From Vicinamibacterales bacterium (GTDB lineage: Bacteria > Acidobacteriota > Vicinamibacteria > Vicinamibacterales > UBA2999), in assembly GCA_050742535.1 (NCBI GenBank), contig JBOGIQ010000003.1, forward strand, positions 1,368 through 65,367: a stretch of 64,000 nucleotides of DNA, read 5' to 3'. Below, piece after piece: positions 34,322 to 43,663 of the stretch. How positions within the stretch are numbered: position 1 is the stretch's first letter; the number at the start of each line of letters is the position of its first letter. Position numbers and translations under genes: made by a program. The notes under the pieces were generated by a model. The model was not told where the DNA came from, did not search any database, and was given only the letters and a program-made list of their open reading frames with translations.

Positions 34322-36085
34322 ATGACTCGGCGGATTTGTTCTCTCGCGACGGCGCTGCTCATCGTCCTCGGCGCCGCGACAACGGCATCAGCGCAGCTCG
34401 GTCCGTTCGACATCGACGGAACGGTTACCGACTTCATCAACAGTGGTGAGACGACCGGGTTGACCGTCCCGCCGTGCGATCCGCCGGCGCAGCCCGCCGG
34501 TCTTTCGCCGCAGGCGTGCAAGCAGAACGATTTCGGCGGCAATGCCCAGGAGCTCGGGCCGCAGAACGGGAATGCGACGAAGATCGGCGTCATTCACAGC
34601 GCCGCCGTCCCGATGCTCAACACGACGAATCCGAACGCAAACACCGACCTGAACGCGGCCTGGATCCAGAGCGCGTTTCAGAATGTCGGCGGTTCGCCGC
34701 ATCTCTTCCTGTACTTCGGCTGGCGCCGCGACTCGAACAACGGCAGCGGATTCATCTCGCTGGAGATTCAGAAGGCGGCGGCCGGTGGTGGAACGGGAGC
34801 CGCCTGCAAGTACGACGACCCGGCTTTCAATCCGGCCCTCTGTAATCCGTGGGCAGGCCGGCAGGGCGGAGACATCATCTTCCTGTGGGACCAGCAGGGT
34901 GGCGCGAACACGACGATCATTGCCGCCCCGATCACCGGGACCGCTCCGAACCTCACCGTTCCGGATTGTTCACATAGCGGCGAATGCATTCCGCTGAACG
35001 CCAGCCAGGCCTTCGCGATATTCGGAACCGACTGCGGTGAGGGATTCGAAGCCGGTCAGTGCGGTGAGATGGTCGTCGATCTCACTGCGCTCGGCGTCTT
35101 CGACCCGAGTAACCCGACGCGCTGCGAGGCGATCGGAAACTTCATCCCCGGTACTGTGACCGGCAACTCGAATACGGCGGACTACAAGGACGTCGTGCTG
35201 GCGCCGTTCCCGAGGATCTCCACCTGCGGCACCGTCACGGTGACGAAGCGCACGGTCACTCCGGACGGGAACACCATTCTGATTGCGCCCCTCGAGACTT
35301 TCGGCTACACGCTCAACCGCATCTCCGGCAATATCCGCTTCGTTGCCCAGCCGAACGACGGGAACAGTCTGCTGTCGATCACACGGCCGAACGGAGCGGG
35401 ACAACCGGGTTTAACGACATGCACGAGCGCATTCGCGCTGCCATCGGATCCGCTCTTCAGGCCGTGCGGACCGGTGAACGAACATACCGACCTAATCGCG
35501 GCCGCCAACTACCGCCTCGTGGAATCAACGCCGCCCGTGCCGTGGGTGTTCGTGGATGTCCAATGCTACGCGGCTGGCAATCCTGTCGCTGTGGGCACGA
35601 CCGGCACGCCGATTCAGTTCGAAGTCAAAGCCAACACCACGACGTCGTGCGTGATTACCAATAAGCTCGAACTGGGGAATCCGACGGCGCTGAGCCGCCA
35701 GCGAGTCATCGCTGCTGACCAGATCAAAATCGCCAACATCACGGCGGGCGGCGCGAGCAAAGGCGCCGGATTCATGTCCCGAACCACGGTGCGTCTGGCG
35801 CTGTTCAATGCAGCCGGATGCGCGCCCGCCGCTCAGGTGGCGTCTGAAACGTTCATTCTGACCGAAGGGACCGTGACGGCCGGGAAGCAGGATCTGTACA
35901 TGTCCGGCTTCAGCACCCCGACGCTGCAGAGAGTCTTCGAAACAACAGGGACCGAGACGTACTACTGGGCGTTCCAGTGGGACGGCGATACGTTCAACAA
36001 TCCGTTGTCGATCGCGACGACGTGCTCCAGCCCTGGTGAGGCGGTATCGGTGACGATCACCGGGGTGCAGTCGAACATCCCGTAA
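34322..36085 (+). CDS. Large secreted protein of unknown function (587 aa)
   Basis: GGGAGG precedes ATG 34322. Signal MTRRICSLATALLIVLGAATTASAQ. Thr/Asn/Gly-rich, several Cys pairs, no recognisable domain. Confidence 0.7.
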   Translation: MTRRICSLATALLIVLGAATTASAQLGPFDIDGTVTDFINSGETTGLTVPPCDPPAQPAGLSPQACKQNDFGGNAQELGPQNGNATKIGVIHSAAVPMLNTTNPNANTDLNAAWIQSAFQNVGGSPHLFLYFGWRRDSNNGSGFISLEIQKAAAGGGTGAACKYDDPAFNPALCNPWAGRQGGDIIFLWDQQGGANTTIIAAPITGTAPNLTVPDCSHSGECIPLNASQAFAIFGTDCGEGFEAGQCGEMVVDLTALGVFDPSNPTRCEAIGNFIPGTVTGNSNTADYKDVVLAPFPRISTCGTVTVTKRTVTPDGNTILIAPLETFGYTLNRISGNIRFVAQPNDGNSLLSITRPNGAGQPGLTTCTSAFALPSDPLFRPCGPVNEHTDLIAAANYRLVESTPPVPWVFVDVQCYAAGNPVAVGTTGTPIQFEVKANTTTSCVITNKLELGNPTALSRQRVIAADQIKIANITAGGASKGAGFMSRTTVRLALFNAAGCAPAAQVASETFILTEGTVTAGKQDLYMSGFSTPTLQRVFETTGTETYYWAFQWDGDTFNNPLSIATTCSSPGEAVSVTITGVQSNIP

Positions 36086-36110
36086 CACGGGCAGTCGCTG
36101 AACCAGCAAG

Positions 36111-36150
36111 ACACAGGGCCCACCCGGCGTCAGGCCGGGCGGGCCCTGTG
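36111..36150. terminator. Bidirectional stem-loop between convergent genes
   Basis: ACACAGGGCCCACCCGGC-gtca-GGCCGGGCGGGCCCTGTGT is a near-perfect 18-bp stem. It ends at the stop codon of the minus-strand protease gene. Confidence 0.6.
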
Positions 36151-38169
36151 TTATCGACGCTTGCCGCCGCCACCTCCGGACAGCGTAATCGTCGCGGCGT
36201 TGCTTGGCTGTGATGTGTTGCCCGCCGCATCGACTGCGCGGACGACGTATGCGTAGCTCGCACCCGGCGTCCATGCCGTATCGCTCCAGTCCGTGGCCGT
36301 CGTCGTACCGACGGTCACGCCGTTGCGCGAGATGAGATAGAACGACACCGCGAGGTTGTCCGTCGAGGGCCGCCACGCGAGCTGTATCTGTTTCAACTTG
36401 TTAACGGCCGTTGCTGTGAGCGCGATCGGCTGGCTCGGGGCGACGGTATCGACGACCGTATAGGTCGCGTCTGTCGATGTGGCATGGACGATCGAGGCCG
36501 TTCCGCTGGTGTTGACCCGCGTCGTGTAGGTACCCGCGGCGCTCGAAACGGTGGAGTTGACGGTCAGCAACGCCTGACCGTTCACGCCGGGTGCCAGCGT
36601 CAGCGTACCGCTGGAAAAAGAGCCGCTCCATCCCGCCGGCGATATGCCGCTCAGGGAGAATGTCGCGGCAGGGCAGCTTGCCGCGTCCTTGTTCGTGATG
36701 GAGACCGTGTAATTCAGGCTTCCCCCTGCCGCGCCGCTCTGGTTCTGAGGAGCGATCTGCACCGTGGGCGCCGTTCGAACGCATGCCTGCTGGATGTCGA
36801 TATCGACGATGGCGCCAGGTCCGGGCGCTGGACCGAACCCGCTGACCATGCGCACGCTGATCCCGTTCACCGGATCGGTGAAGGTATCCCGGCCGGTCTG
36901 GCCGTTCGCCAGCGTGGCGTACAGCACCGTGAACCCGCTCACGGCTTCGGTGGGGGCACCATGACGATGGACGCTGACCTGCGGGATGTACGAAGGGGAG
37001 TAGCGATCGAATGCCTGCCCACCGCGATAGGAGAGATAGTAGAAGCCGCCTTCCGATCTGGGGATCTTGATCAGCTGCGGCGCACTGACGCTCGATGGAT
37101 CGCTCGACAGGGGCGCGAGGCTATATCGTCCGCTCTGGGTCACGATTTGTGTCGCACCCTGACTCAGCCATCCCATCTGCTCTCGATGGGGCGCGTTGAA
37201 ACCGCGAAGCTCCCACCCGGAGGAACCCATCGAATCGGAATAGTCGTTGTATTCGGCGAGCAGGTTGTTGTATTGGCCGCTGCCCGCCGTGTAGGCATCG
37301 TAGTACGACGCCGCGTGACTCATCCCCAGCGCGTGGCCCAGCTCGTGTGAGTACAGGCCACGGTTGGTGCACGACAGGCTGAACGAGCTGCTCGAACTGC
37401 CACCAATGGTGCTCGCCCCGATGAAGGGACACGCGCCGATCTGTGGCAACACGTAAAGCTTGCGTGGGAACGAAGCGACGTCGACGCCCGACGCGGCCGC
37501 CTGGGCGTCGAGCGCGGCGCTGAATTCCGACAGACTGCACGCGTCCGTCGTACGCATCTTGAGCGTCGTCCGAACGGTTTGTCCGGACCACGTAACTCTG
37601 CCGTATGAGCTCGCCTGATATTCGGCGTTGATCGAGAGTCCCGTACCGAACTGATCCAGGGTGGCTGGCGGCGGCGCGAACAACGTGTCGCGCACGTTTT
37701 CCGTCGTGCACGGCACTGCTGCGTCGAGCAGATCCCCGATCATCACGAGCGTACGTTGATCACCGGACGCGCCGGCCGGCGGCTGACTCATGACCTGCGC
37801 ATTCGTCATGGAGCCGTCGCAGCAACCGGCGGCGACATACAGTTCTGAGCCCGACGTCCGGCCTGTGACGCGAACGTGCGCCCCCGACCTGAACCGCGGA
37901 AATCCGCTCTCGAAGCGCAGAACGAACCACTCGCCCGTGCGCTCATCGCGAATCGACTGGGTCATGCCGCTGTTGCCGGCCGCATCGTCGGTCTGAAACA
38001 CGGAGACCTGGCCGGTCACGCTGGCTGCCGTGCCGTTCGCCCAGCCCCGGGCGAACCGCTCGGCCGCGGATTCGGCGCCCTGCGCGCGCAGACCATGGCC
38101 GCCCACCATAGTCATCGTGAGCAGCGCGGCGGTAAGAACGGCAGGGCGGATGGGTGAAGCGGACGGCAC
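36151..38169 (-). CDS. Secreted zinc metalloprotease with C-terminal Ig-like and fibronectin type III domains (672 aa)
   Basis: Signal peptide and the HExxH motif HELGHALGMSH. C-terminal beta-sandwich region (SLNYTVSITNKDAASCPA) and an FN3-like segment (APSQPIALTATAVNKLKQIQLAWRPSTDN....YVVRAVDAAGNTS). Confidence 0.75.
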   Translation of the reverse strand: MPSASPIRPAVLTAALLTMTMVGGHGLRAQGAESAAERFARGWANGTAASVTGQVSVFQTDDAAGNSGMTQSIRDERTGEWFVLRFESGFPRFRSGAHVRVTGRTSGSELYVAAGCCDGSMTNAQVMSQPPAGASGDQRTLVMIGDLLDAAVPCTTENVRDTLFAPPPATLDQFGTGLSINAEYQASSYGRVTWSGQTVRTTLKMRTTDACSLSEFSAALDAQAAASGVDVASFPRKLYVLPQIGACPFIGASTIGGSSSSSFSLSCTNRGLYSHELGHALGMSHAASYYDAYTAGSGQYNNLLAEYNDYSDSMGSSGWELRGFNAPHREQMGWLSQGATQIVTQSGRYSLAPLSSDPSSVSAPQLIKIPRSEGGFYYLSYRGGQAFDRYSPSYIPQVSVHRHGAPTEAVSGFTVLYATLANGQTGRDTFTDPVNGISVRMVSGFGPAPGPGAIVDIDIQQACVRTAPTVQIAPQNQSGAAGGSLNYTVSITNKDAASCPAATFSLSGISPAGWSGSFSSGTLTLAPGVNGQALLTVNSTVSSAAGTYTTRVNTSGTASIVHATSTDATYTVVDTVAPSQPIALTATAVNKLKQIQLAWRPSTDNLAVSFYLISRNGVTVGTTTATDWSDTAWTPGASYAYVVRAVDAAGNTSQPSNAATITLSGGGGGKRR

Positions 38170-38300
38170 CTTCGACCCCGCGCGAGGGCAAATTCGGCGC
38201 CTGTCTCACCTGCCCCGGGACGGGATCATCAGTGCACGTGGGTGCGCGCCGCTTACCAGCCTCGGAGGCGTCGGCGCGGTGACGTCGCAAGGGTTGACGA

Positions 38301-39176
38301 TTACGGTTTTGCTGGCGGGTTACCGTTTGGTTGCAATTGAATGTTCACGGTCGTTGATCGATCCGCGACGACGCGCGTGACGTGCTCGACGGCCGCATAC
38401 CCGTCCTTCGTCACGCGGAGCCGTTTTTCACCGGGCGCCAGATGCTGGATGGTGATCGGCGTGGAGCCCCACCCGATGCCGTTCACGGCCACGCGCGCTT
38501 CTGCGGGATCCGTGGTGATGACGAGTTCGGTCACCACAGGGGCCGTCGGCGTCGCAGGTTCCGATTGACCAGGCGCCTCGAGCGCACTCACCTCAACGTC
38601 CTGGACAGCGACAAGTGGTGTGGATTCTGGGACGAGTCGAGTTGATTCGGCGGCCGGTGGCGTTGATTGGACAATCTCTGGCGCGTTCCCCGTCGTCGCG
38701 ACTGCGTGGCGTTCCGGCGCTGGGGATACCGCACTCGCGGTGTGGTCGCCGGTGCTGCGGGCCGTGGAGACTTCCCACACAATGCCGCTGATCCCGACAA
38801 CAAGCGCGGCGCGGACGACGAGCATGACCCCGTGATGCGAACGGACCGAGCGCGTGCGAACAGGCGGTGGCTGTTCGGCTGGCGGCGGATCCACTGGCGC
38901 TGCTTCGCGTTTGAGCTCGGCGAGGACGATGCGCTCGTCCAGGTTGACGGCTCGCGCATAGGCGCGTATGTGCGCGCGTTGATAGAACCCGCGGTTGATG
39001 TGCGGCAGTACGTCCTGCTCGAGCGCGGCAAGCCGCTCCAACGGAACGCGTGTCTCGACCGCGACCTGCTCGAGGGTCAGCCCGCGCTGTTCCCGCGCCC
39101 GGCGCAACAGCGCCGCCATGCCGATCGACTCCGACGAGTGTGGATCGGAGCGGGATTCGTTGGAGGGATCGACCAT
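38301..39176 (-). CDS. RodZ-like HTH / transmembrane / PEGA-domain protein (291 aa)
   Basis: LRRAREQRGLTLEQVAVETRVPLERLAALEQD (HTH), TM helix VMLVVRAALVVGISGIVW, and a C-terminal PEGA-like ARVAVNGIGWGSTPITIQHLAPGEKRLRVTKDGY. The 582-aa ORF extension upstream is antisense to the DinB and methyltransferase genes. Confidence 0.7.
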   Translation of the reverse strand: MVDPSNESRSDPHSSESIGMAALLRRAREQRGLTLEQVAVETRVPLERLAALEQDVLPHINRGFYQRAHIRAYARAVNLDERIVLAELKREAAPVDPPPAEQPPPVRTRSVRSHHGVMLVVRAALVVGISGIVWEVSTARSTGDHTASAVSPAPERHAVATTGNAPEIVQSTPPAAESTRLVPESTPLVAVQDVEVSALEAPGQSEPATPTAPVVTELVITTDPAEARVAVNGIGWGSTPITIQHLAPGEKRLRVTKDGYAAVEHVTRVVADRSTTVNIQLQPNGNPPAKP

Positions 39177-39320
39177 GACTAACCTCACTCGGCCATTGCC
39201 AGCCCAAAAACCGACGAGGGTCAGGCTCGCGCGCGAGAGGGCCTGTTCGCTATGCCTTTTCGGCATGACCCTGACCTCGTATACCATTGCGGCGCGGCGA
39301 ATGGTCGCGACGGAGGCTTC

Positions 39321-39893
39321 ATGAAACGGGCGACGATGGCGATCGGGATGACGATGCTGGTGGTGGCGACGACGTTTGCCCAGGCCCCCCAGGGGCAGGG
39401 ACGTGGCCGCGGAGGTCGCGGCGGCGCACCGGCGTGCACGAACCTCGCGTGCGACGTGCAGGCGGACTGGACGCGCAATATGAATCTGCTGATCAGAACC
39501 GCCGAGGCGATGCCCGAGGATAAATGGAACTTCAAGACGACCGATCCGCAGCGCACGTTCGGCCAGCACGTGATGCACATCGTTCAGATCGACTCCAAGC
39601 TGCTCGCGGCTCTCGGCGCAAAGACTCCGGCGCCGCAGATCAACATGAGCGCGACGACGAAGGCCGACGTGATGGCGGCGCTGCGCCAATCGCTCGAATA
39701 CGGCCAGGCGGTGCTGAAGGAGTTCGACGATGCCGGGCTGCTCGAGCGCGTGAATGGAGTGTTCCTCGGGCCGAGCGCGAGCCGCGTGCGCCTCGTCAAC
39801 TTCTCGATGGCGCACAGCCAGGACGTCTACGGCCAGCTCGTCGTGTATCTCCGGCTCAACGGCGTCATTCCGCCCGCCAGCAACCCCGCGTAG
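39321..39893 (+). CDS. DinB-family protein, secreted (190 aa)
   Basis: GGAGG precedes the ATG. Signal peptide and a QGQGRGRGGRGGAPA tract. FGQHVMHIVQ...SMAHSQDVYGQLVVYLRLNG is a DinB-like four-helix His pattern. Confidence 0.65.
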   Translation: MKRATMAIGMTMLVVATTFAQAPQGQGRGRGGRGGAPACTNLACDVQADWTRNMNLLIRTAEAMPEDKWNFKTTDPQRTFGQHVMHIVQIDSKLLAALGAKTPAPQINMSATTKADVMAALRQSLEYGQAVLKEFDDAGLLERVNGVFLGPSASRVRLVNFSMAHSQDVYGQLVVYLRLNGVIPPASNPA

Positions 39894-39936
39894 ACCGCTT
39901 GGCGGCTGAGCCGCTGGAGCCGCATCGCACGCGTCG

Positions 39937-40656
39937 ATGAACAAACGCCTTCGTGTCGCAGCCGCCCTGGCGGCTGCGCTGTTGCTGCTCTCCGTTGTCA
40001 TCGATGTCGTCGACCGCGAGTCGCCGTTGACGAGGACCTTCAATGGCATCTACAGCGAAGGGATCTGGGGCCGGGATGTCACGGGAAAGGGCACCAGCGG
40101 CTCGGGATCGACTTTGGAGATCACGCGTGAATACCGCGCCTACCTGGAGGACTTCATCAGGAAACATCGCGTCAGATCGGTCGTCGACGCCGGATGCGGC
40201 GACTGGACCTTCTCGAGCACGATCGACTGGGGCGGCGCCAGCTACCTTGGCGTTGATATCGCCTCGGATGTGATCGAGGCGAATCGCAGGACGTACGAGA
40301 AACGCCACGTTACCTTTCAGGTGGGTGACATTACCGAGGAGCTCCCGGCCGCGGACCTCCTCATTTCCAAGGACGTCCTCCAGCATCTTCCCGACGCGCT
40401 GGTGGACAAGTTCATCAGCAACAACGTGAAGAAGGGTAAGTACAAATGGGTCCTGCTGACGAATGACCGTGGCAGCGGACACCCGGACATTGTTCCCGGG
40501 GGATACCGGGCGATCGACCTCGCCGCCGCTCCCTTCAACGTCCCAGGGCTCGTCGACCTGCCAATCAAGTTCGGGAACGAGGTCACCAAGGTCACGTCGC
40601 TCCTGGACCTGACGCAACACCCGTACGACGGCGCGGAAGGCGAAAGAGTCCCTTGA
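39937..40656 (+). CDS. Class I SAM-dependent methyltransferase with N-terminal membrane anchor (239 aa)
   Basis: Motif I VVDAGCGDWTF and post-I LGVDIA, motif LLISKDVLQHL. Confidence 0.7.
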   Translation: MNKRLRVAAALAAALLLLSVVIDVVDRESPLTRTFNGIYSEGIWGRDVTGKGTSGSGSTLEITREYRAYLEDFIRKHRVRSVVDAGCGDWTFSSTIDWGGASYLGVDIASDVIEANRRTYEKRHVTFQVGDITEELPAADLLISKDVLQHLPDALVDKFISNNVKKGKYKWVLLTNDRGSGHPDIVPGGYRAIDLAAAPFNVPGLVDLPIKFGNEVTKVTSLLDLTQHPYDGAEGERVP

Positions 40657-41177
40657 CCGGCTGCGTCGAGAGCGCGAAAATCGCGCGCAATCCCTTGTTC
40701 GTAATCAGCCGCTTATCCGATATCGACGCGAGCCGCGTGTCCGATCTCGTCGCGGACGTCGTCTCGGCCTTGCCCTATTACTCGTCCGAGGCACAGCGAT
40801 CCGAGATCGCCAAGTACACGCCCGAGGACCTGCGCGCCGCCGTCGCGGAGGATCCGGACGCCGTCCTCGTTGCGAAATCGGATGACGGAGGGGTCGTTGG
40901 GTTCTGCATCAGCAATACCGACGACGGTTTGATCTGGCTGGCGTGGTTCGGCGTACATCGCGACTGGCGGGCGAAAGGTGTCGGACGGGCGCTTCTCGGA
41001 GCGTTGCAGCAGACCGTCAGATCGCGTGGGGCGCACAAGATCTGGTGCGACTGTCGCACCAGCAACCTGGCTTCGACTGCGCTCCTCACTGCCGTCGGAT
41101 TCACGATCGTTTGCACGCTCACCAACCATTGGTACGGCCACGATTTCCACCTGCTCGAGAAACCGATTACGCAGTGA
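40653..41177 (+). CDS. GNAT-family N-acetyltransferase (174 aa)
   Basis: TTG start overlaps the upstream TGA (TTGA). LAWFGVHRDWRAKGVGRALLGALQQ is an acetyl-CoA binding motif. Confidence 0.7.
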   Translation: MTGCVESAKIARNPLFVISRLSDIDASRVSDLVADVVSALPYYSSEAQRSEIAKYTPEDLRAAVAEDPDAVLVAKSDDGGVVGFCISNTDDGLIWLAWFGVHRDWRAKGVGRALLGALQQTVRSRGAHKIWCDCRTSNLASTALLTAVGFTIVCTLTNHWYGHDFHLLEKPITQ

Positions 41178-42088
41178 TGGCTTCTGTCTGGAAGGAATGG
41201 TGGACGGCGTTCTTACCCGCGATCGGCTTGACCGGCACGATCGCGACACTCATCCCTGGACAGACGACGTCGATACGTGCCGTCGTGGCGATTGTGACGG
41301 CGCTCGTCGCGGCGACTGCCTGGGCGTACTCAAAAACCCGCCCCGTACACCTTCCTCCTGCGGACGCGGTGGTCGTCAAGAAACTCGGCCGTCTGTGTTT
41401 TCCATGCGACAAAAGCCACGCCAGCCAGGCCAACGCGATGGCCAAGCGATTCTATGGGGCCGAGGCAATTCCTCTCGCGACCTACGAGCTGTGGCGGAAA
41501 ACGAACCCGAACATCCTCGTGTGCCTCACCAGCACAAACAATGAGGTCGTCGGCTACTTCGATGTGTTGCCACTGAAGTCCCCGGCAATGGACATGTTCA
41601 TTCAAGGCCGCATTGTCGAGGGTGACTTTCAAGCCGACGATCTGTATTCACCCGCAGAGGCGGCCGATTGCGACCAGCTTTACCTTGCCGGGATCACTGT
41701 CAACGAGCCGGGACGACAGTCCGACAGCCGGAACGCATCCGTGCTGATCTGGGCGCTCGTCAAATATCTCCAGTATTTCCACCCTGCCACCGCAAAAACT
41801 CGCGACCTCTACGCGCTGGCATCGACACTTCAGGGAGAAGGCCTGATCAGGGCGTTTGACGGGTTTGACGTGGTGACACCGGCGTCCGTCCGGACGGACG
41901 GGCACGACTTATATCGCTTCCGTTATTCAGCGGACCAACTGGATGAAGCACTCACCATGCTGCCCGGCTGGGGGGCCAGAGTGCCAATTCCGTGGGAAGC
42001 AAGGCCCGCCTCTCTGCCAGCTGTGTCGAAGACGCCCGGGCGGCCGTCGAAGTTCCGCAAGCGAAAGGCGCGGGGCGAACGGGTGTGA
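41177..42088 (+). CDS. Hypothetical protein, N-terminal TM helices + possible acyltransferase-like domain (303 aa)
   Basis: ATG overlaps the upstream TGA (TGATG). Two hydrophobic helices, then NILVCLTSTNNEVVGYFDVLPLK....LYLAGITV. Lys/Arg-rich tail. Confidence 0.55.
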   Translation: MASVWKEWWTAFLPAIGLTGTIATLIPGQTTSIRAVVAIVTALVAATAWAYSKTRPVHLPPADAVVVKKLGRLCFPCDKSHASQANAMAKRFYGAEAIPLATYELWRKTNPNILVCLTSTNNEVVGYFDVLPLKSPAMDMFIQGRIVEGDFQADDLYSPAEAADCDQLYLAGITVNEPGRQSDSRNASVLIWALVKYLQYFHPATAKTRDLYALASTLQGEGLIRAFDGFDVVTPASVRTDGHDLYRFRYSADQLDEALTMLPGWGARVPIPWEARPASLPAVSKTPGRPSKFRKRKARGERV

Positions 42089-42783
42089 AGGACGGCCGCA
42101 TCTTTCAGATAGGCGGCTTTGTGTCCGACGCGCACCTGGCCGACTGGAGGGCGCGCATTCTTCGCAATCAGCATCAGTGGCGCTCCTGCTTCGACCGCGA
42201 TTTCTGGACATACGGCGGTGCCTGGTATGTCGATATCGAGGAAGGTGCGCCCGCCCGGTACCACGCTGAGGCGATGGAGTGGAACCGCCGGTTGCGACAA
42301 TTCCCGGGATTGCGACAGTCCGTGAAACGGATCGCCGCATTGCTCCCGCGCCGCGTGCCGGCGGTGCCGCGTCGTGCCATCCTTGGTCCGTACTGGACCG
42401 ATTACGGGTTCGCCGTGTATGACCGCGACGGAAGGTCGGGGGTGGCGCACACCGATGTCGAGGGGCTCATTCCCTACCCCGCCAGCATGTTCGACCAAAA
42501 CACCGAAGCCTACTCGGCGACGATTTCCATCGATTGTCCGGCTGCGGGCGGAGGACTGTGGATTCACGCGCGGCGGCACATCGGTCATTACCACGGAGCG
42601 ACGTCGCGGAAAGGGTGGACGTTACACGGCTACCAGCCGGGTACGCTCACCGTTTTCGATTCATTCCTTCCGCATTCGATTGAGAGGTTCGCGCTTTCGA
42701 ATGCCTGTCCCAGACGCATGGTGCTCGTCGTGCATTTTCTTTATCGAAAGAAGCCCTACCCGCACTATCAGTATTGGGTGTGA
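42085..42783 (+). CDS. Hypothetical protein, 2OG-Fe(II) oxygenase-like suspected (232 aa)
   Basis: GTG overlaps the upstream TGA (GTGA). The AHTDVEG ... LPHSIERF spacing suggests an H-x-D...H facial triad. Weak. Confidence 0.4.
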   Translation: MKDGRIFQIGGFVSDAHLADWRARILRNQHQWRSCFDRDFWTYGGAWYVDIEEGAPARYHAEAMEWNRRLRQFPGLRQSVKRIAALLPRRVPAVPRRAILGPYWTDYGFAVYDRDGRSGVAHTDVEGLIPYPASMFDQNTEAYSATISIDCPAAGGGLWIHARRHIGHYHGATSRKGWTLHGYQPGTLTVFDSFLPHSIERFALSNACPRRMVLVVHFLYRKKPYPHYQYWV

Positions 42784-42812
42784 AGACCACGAAACGCGGG
42801 AGCCCGCCATGT

Positions 42813-43652
42813 CTATCGGCCGAAACGCTGGTTCTCGAGGCAGATGAACTCGATCAGCTCCTCGTCGAGCATCAGCTGCTGGTTGACGCGAACGGTGAAC
42901 GGGCTCGTATACGCTTTCTTGTCCTCGATCGTCACGTCGATCTCCATTCGCCCGTAGCGCACGCGCCGGAACCGCTCGGTGACCTTCCCTGCGTCGGTGA
43001 GCGGGCTGCCGATGATGTCGAGCCAGCCGCCGTCGCGGAAGCCGGCCGTTTCCACCACCAGCGTGTCGCCGTCCCATCGGCCCACTGAGTAGCCGTAGTA
43101 CCACGGGTGGACATCGTCCACTGGAGGGAGCTTGCGGCCGTCGGTGAAGATCTCCCGGCGCTCCCAGCTCGCTTCGTAGAGGATGACCAGCGAGCGCGGC
43201 ATCTGGAAGAACTTGCGTGGCGCGCCCTGCGTGTGGAGCTGGATGATGCCCATCGGCAGGCAGTGCGCTTCGGGATTGTCCTTGCTGTTGCCGGCGATGC
43301 GCGTCTTGAGCAGCTCGGCGCCGAAAGGTGTCAGCGGCAGCCCGCCCTTGATGTTCTGAGCCACGTCCCTGAAACCTGCCACCGGAGGGCCGCCGGGCGG
43401 GGGCGCCGCCGCACCCTGCCGTCCGCCGCCGCCCCCGCCGCCGCGCCAGACGCCCGACAGGTCGGGCTTTCCGTCGGCCGTTTTCGGGACAGGGCCGTTC
43501 ATGTCGGGCTCGCCGTTTGCCGTTCTCGGGACGCCGGGTGTCGGCTGTTTGGGCCACTGCGCAGACAGGGTGGGGACCGTCGCCAACGCCGTGACAAACG
43601 CGACCGCCAAGGCTGCTCTTCGCATGCGTTCCTCAGGGCGTATTATGCTCAA
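42813..43652 (-). CDS. Secreted protein, 'WEGDTLVV' paralog family member 8 (279 aa)
   Basis: PDLSGVW, GGGGGGGRQGAAAPPPGGPP tract, VGRWDGDTLVVETAGF, VTIEDKKAYTSPF, IEFICLENQRF. Confidence 0.8.
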   Translation of the reverse strand: MSIIRPEERMRRAALAVAFVTALATVPTLSAQWPKQPTPGVPRTANGEPDMNGPVPKTADGKPDLSGVWRGGGGGGGRQGAAAPPPGGPPVAGFRDVAQNIKGGLPLTPFGAELLKTRIAGNSKDNPEAHCLPMGIIQLHTQGAPRKFFQMPRSLVILYEASWERREIFTDGRKLPPVDDVHPWYYGYSVGRWDGDTLVVETAGFRDGGWLDIIGSPLTDAGKVTERFRRVRYGRMEIDVTIEDKKAYTSPFTVRVNQQLMLDEELIEFICLENQRFGR

Positions 43653-43663
43653 GATTCTCAGGA

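Noticed and set aside
38301-40049. 582-aa ORF on the minus strand.
   Set aside because: Only the C-terminal 291 aa (from ATG 39176) look like a real protein (HTH-TM-PEGA). The upstream part is antisense to the DinB-like and methyltransferase genes.
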